Shown here one piece after another: positions 63,436 to 64,000 of a DNA stretch of 64,000 nucleotides. The position numbers and the translations under genes are program-made. The DNA comes from Candidatus Woesearchaeota archaeon (GTDB taxonomy: Archaea > Nanobdellota > Nanobdellia > UBA10117 > JABICX01), in contig JABICX010000001.1 of assembly GCA_018652045.1 (NCBI GenBank), positions 5,107 through 69,106 on the forward strand, written 5' to 3'. The notes below the pieces were generated by a model, which was given only the letters and a program-made list of their open reading frames with translations, made no database searches and was not told where the DNA came from. Position 1 is the stretch's first letter, and each line of letters opens with the position of its first letter.

Positions 63436-64000
63436 ATGAACAAAAAACAAGTCCGCGAAATATTTAGTACGTATGATCTTGGCGAGTTTAGAAGTTGGAG
63501 TCCTACCAAGATGGGTTTTGGTAATGATAATTATGTTGTTAAAACAACTAAAGGTAAGTACGTATTAAGAATATACCGAGATGTGCGCAAAATTTCCGAG
63601 CTTAGATATGAAGTCGAGTTTACAGACCATTTGCTAGCAAAAGGATTTCCATATGAAATACCAAAATGGTTGCCTAATAAATCGGGAGAGTTAATCTCTA
63701 CGTTTAATGGTCGAATGTATATAATCTATAAATACCTGCCCGGCATTGTTGTTGAGAAACCTACTAATGCACAAGTTAGACAGGTAGCTAAGATGATATC
63801 GATACTGCATAAAATGTCTGTGGGATTTAAACCAAAGAGCGACAAAGATTGGGGAAATGCGTTTACAACACACTGGCAAAAAGCAGAGTTGAATGATTAT
63901 GCACCACGGGCTAAAAAACAAAACACTACGCGAAGTAAGCTTCTTTTGAAGAATGAGATGTATTATCGAAGATTGTTAGATGACGTTGATAAGAAGTATG
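63436..64000 (+). CDS. APH/homoserine kinase type II-fold phosphotransferase paralog; 3'-partial
   Basis: Not in the ORF track because there is no stop in the window. Translates as MNKKQVREIFSTYDLG..GFGNDNYVVKTTKGKYVLRIY..YEVEFTDHLLAKGFPY..YKYLPG..ILHK, matching the N-lobe of 57562..58509. Confidence 0.8.
   Translation, partial: MNKKQVREIFSTYDLGEFRSWSPTKMGFGNDNYVVKTTKGKYVLRIYRDVRKISELRYEVEFTDHLLAKGFPYEIPKWLPNKSGELISTFNGRMYIIYKYLPGIVVEKPTNAQVRQVAKMISILHKMSVGFKPKSDKDWGNAFTTHWQKAELNDYAPRAKKQNTTRSKLLLKNEMYYRRLLDDVDKKY

Overview
Archaeal chromosomal DNA, most likely a DPANN/Nanobdellota (Woese-/Pacearchaeota-like) genome. Evidence: archaeal-type DnaG, class I CCA-adding enzyme, archaeal AspRS and SMC, an initiator tRNA with A1-U72 and no encoded CCA, and TATA-box promoters with many near-leaderless genes. 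Housekeeping genes occupy both flanks: toprim, dnaG, cca, a Kef-type antiporter and tRNA-iMet on the left; GNAT, rnhB, two APH-fold kinases, aspS and smc on the right. Two cell-surface systems dominate. (1) At 1-4676, a translationally coupled pair of Cys/Asp-rich proteins, one ending in a dockerin and the next starting with a cohesin and ending in a membrane anchor. (2) A ~44 kb locus (12.1-56.3 kb) built around a 10,178-aa protein with an LVIVD-type propeller, six LamG domains and nine beta-helix-like modules. The giant gene is bracketed by two paralogous wHTH genes. It is followed by small proteins that share its C-terminal pilin/WxL-like domain, two TM-plus-single-strand microproteins, membrane-anchored Ig proteins, and a convergent MoxR-DUF58-vWA operon. 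Three promoters in the locus share a TAAYGTAGT motif. My best inference is an undescribed archaeal surface filament or complex that carries a giant modular adhesin, possibly assembled by donor-strand complementation. All domain calls come from motif recognition by eye; no searches were run.
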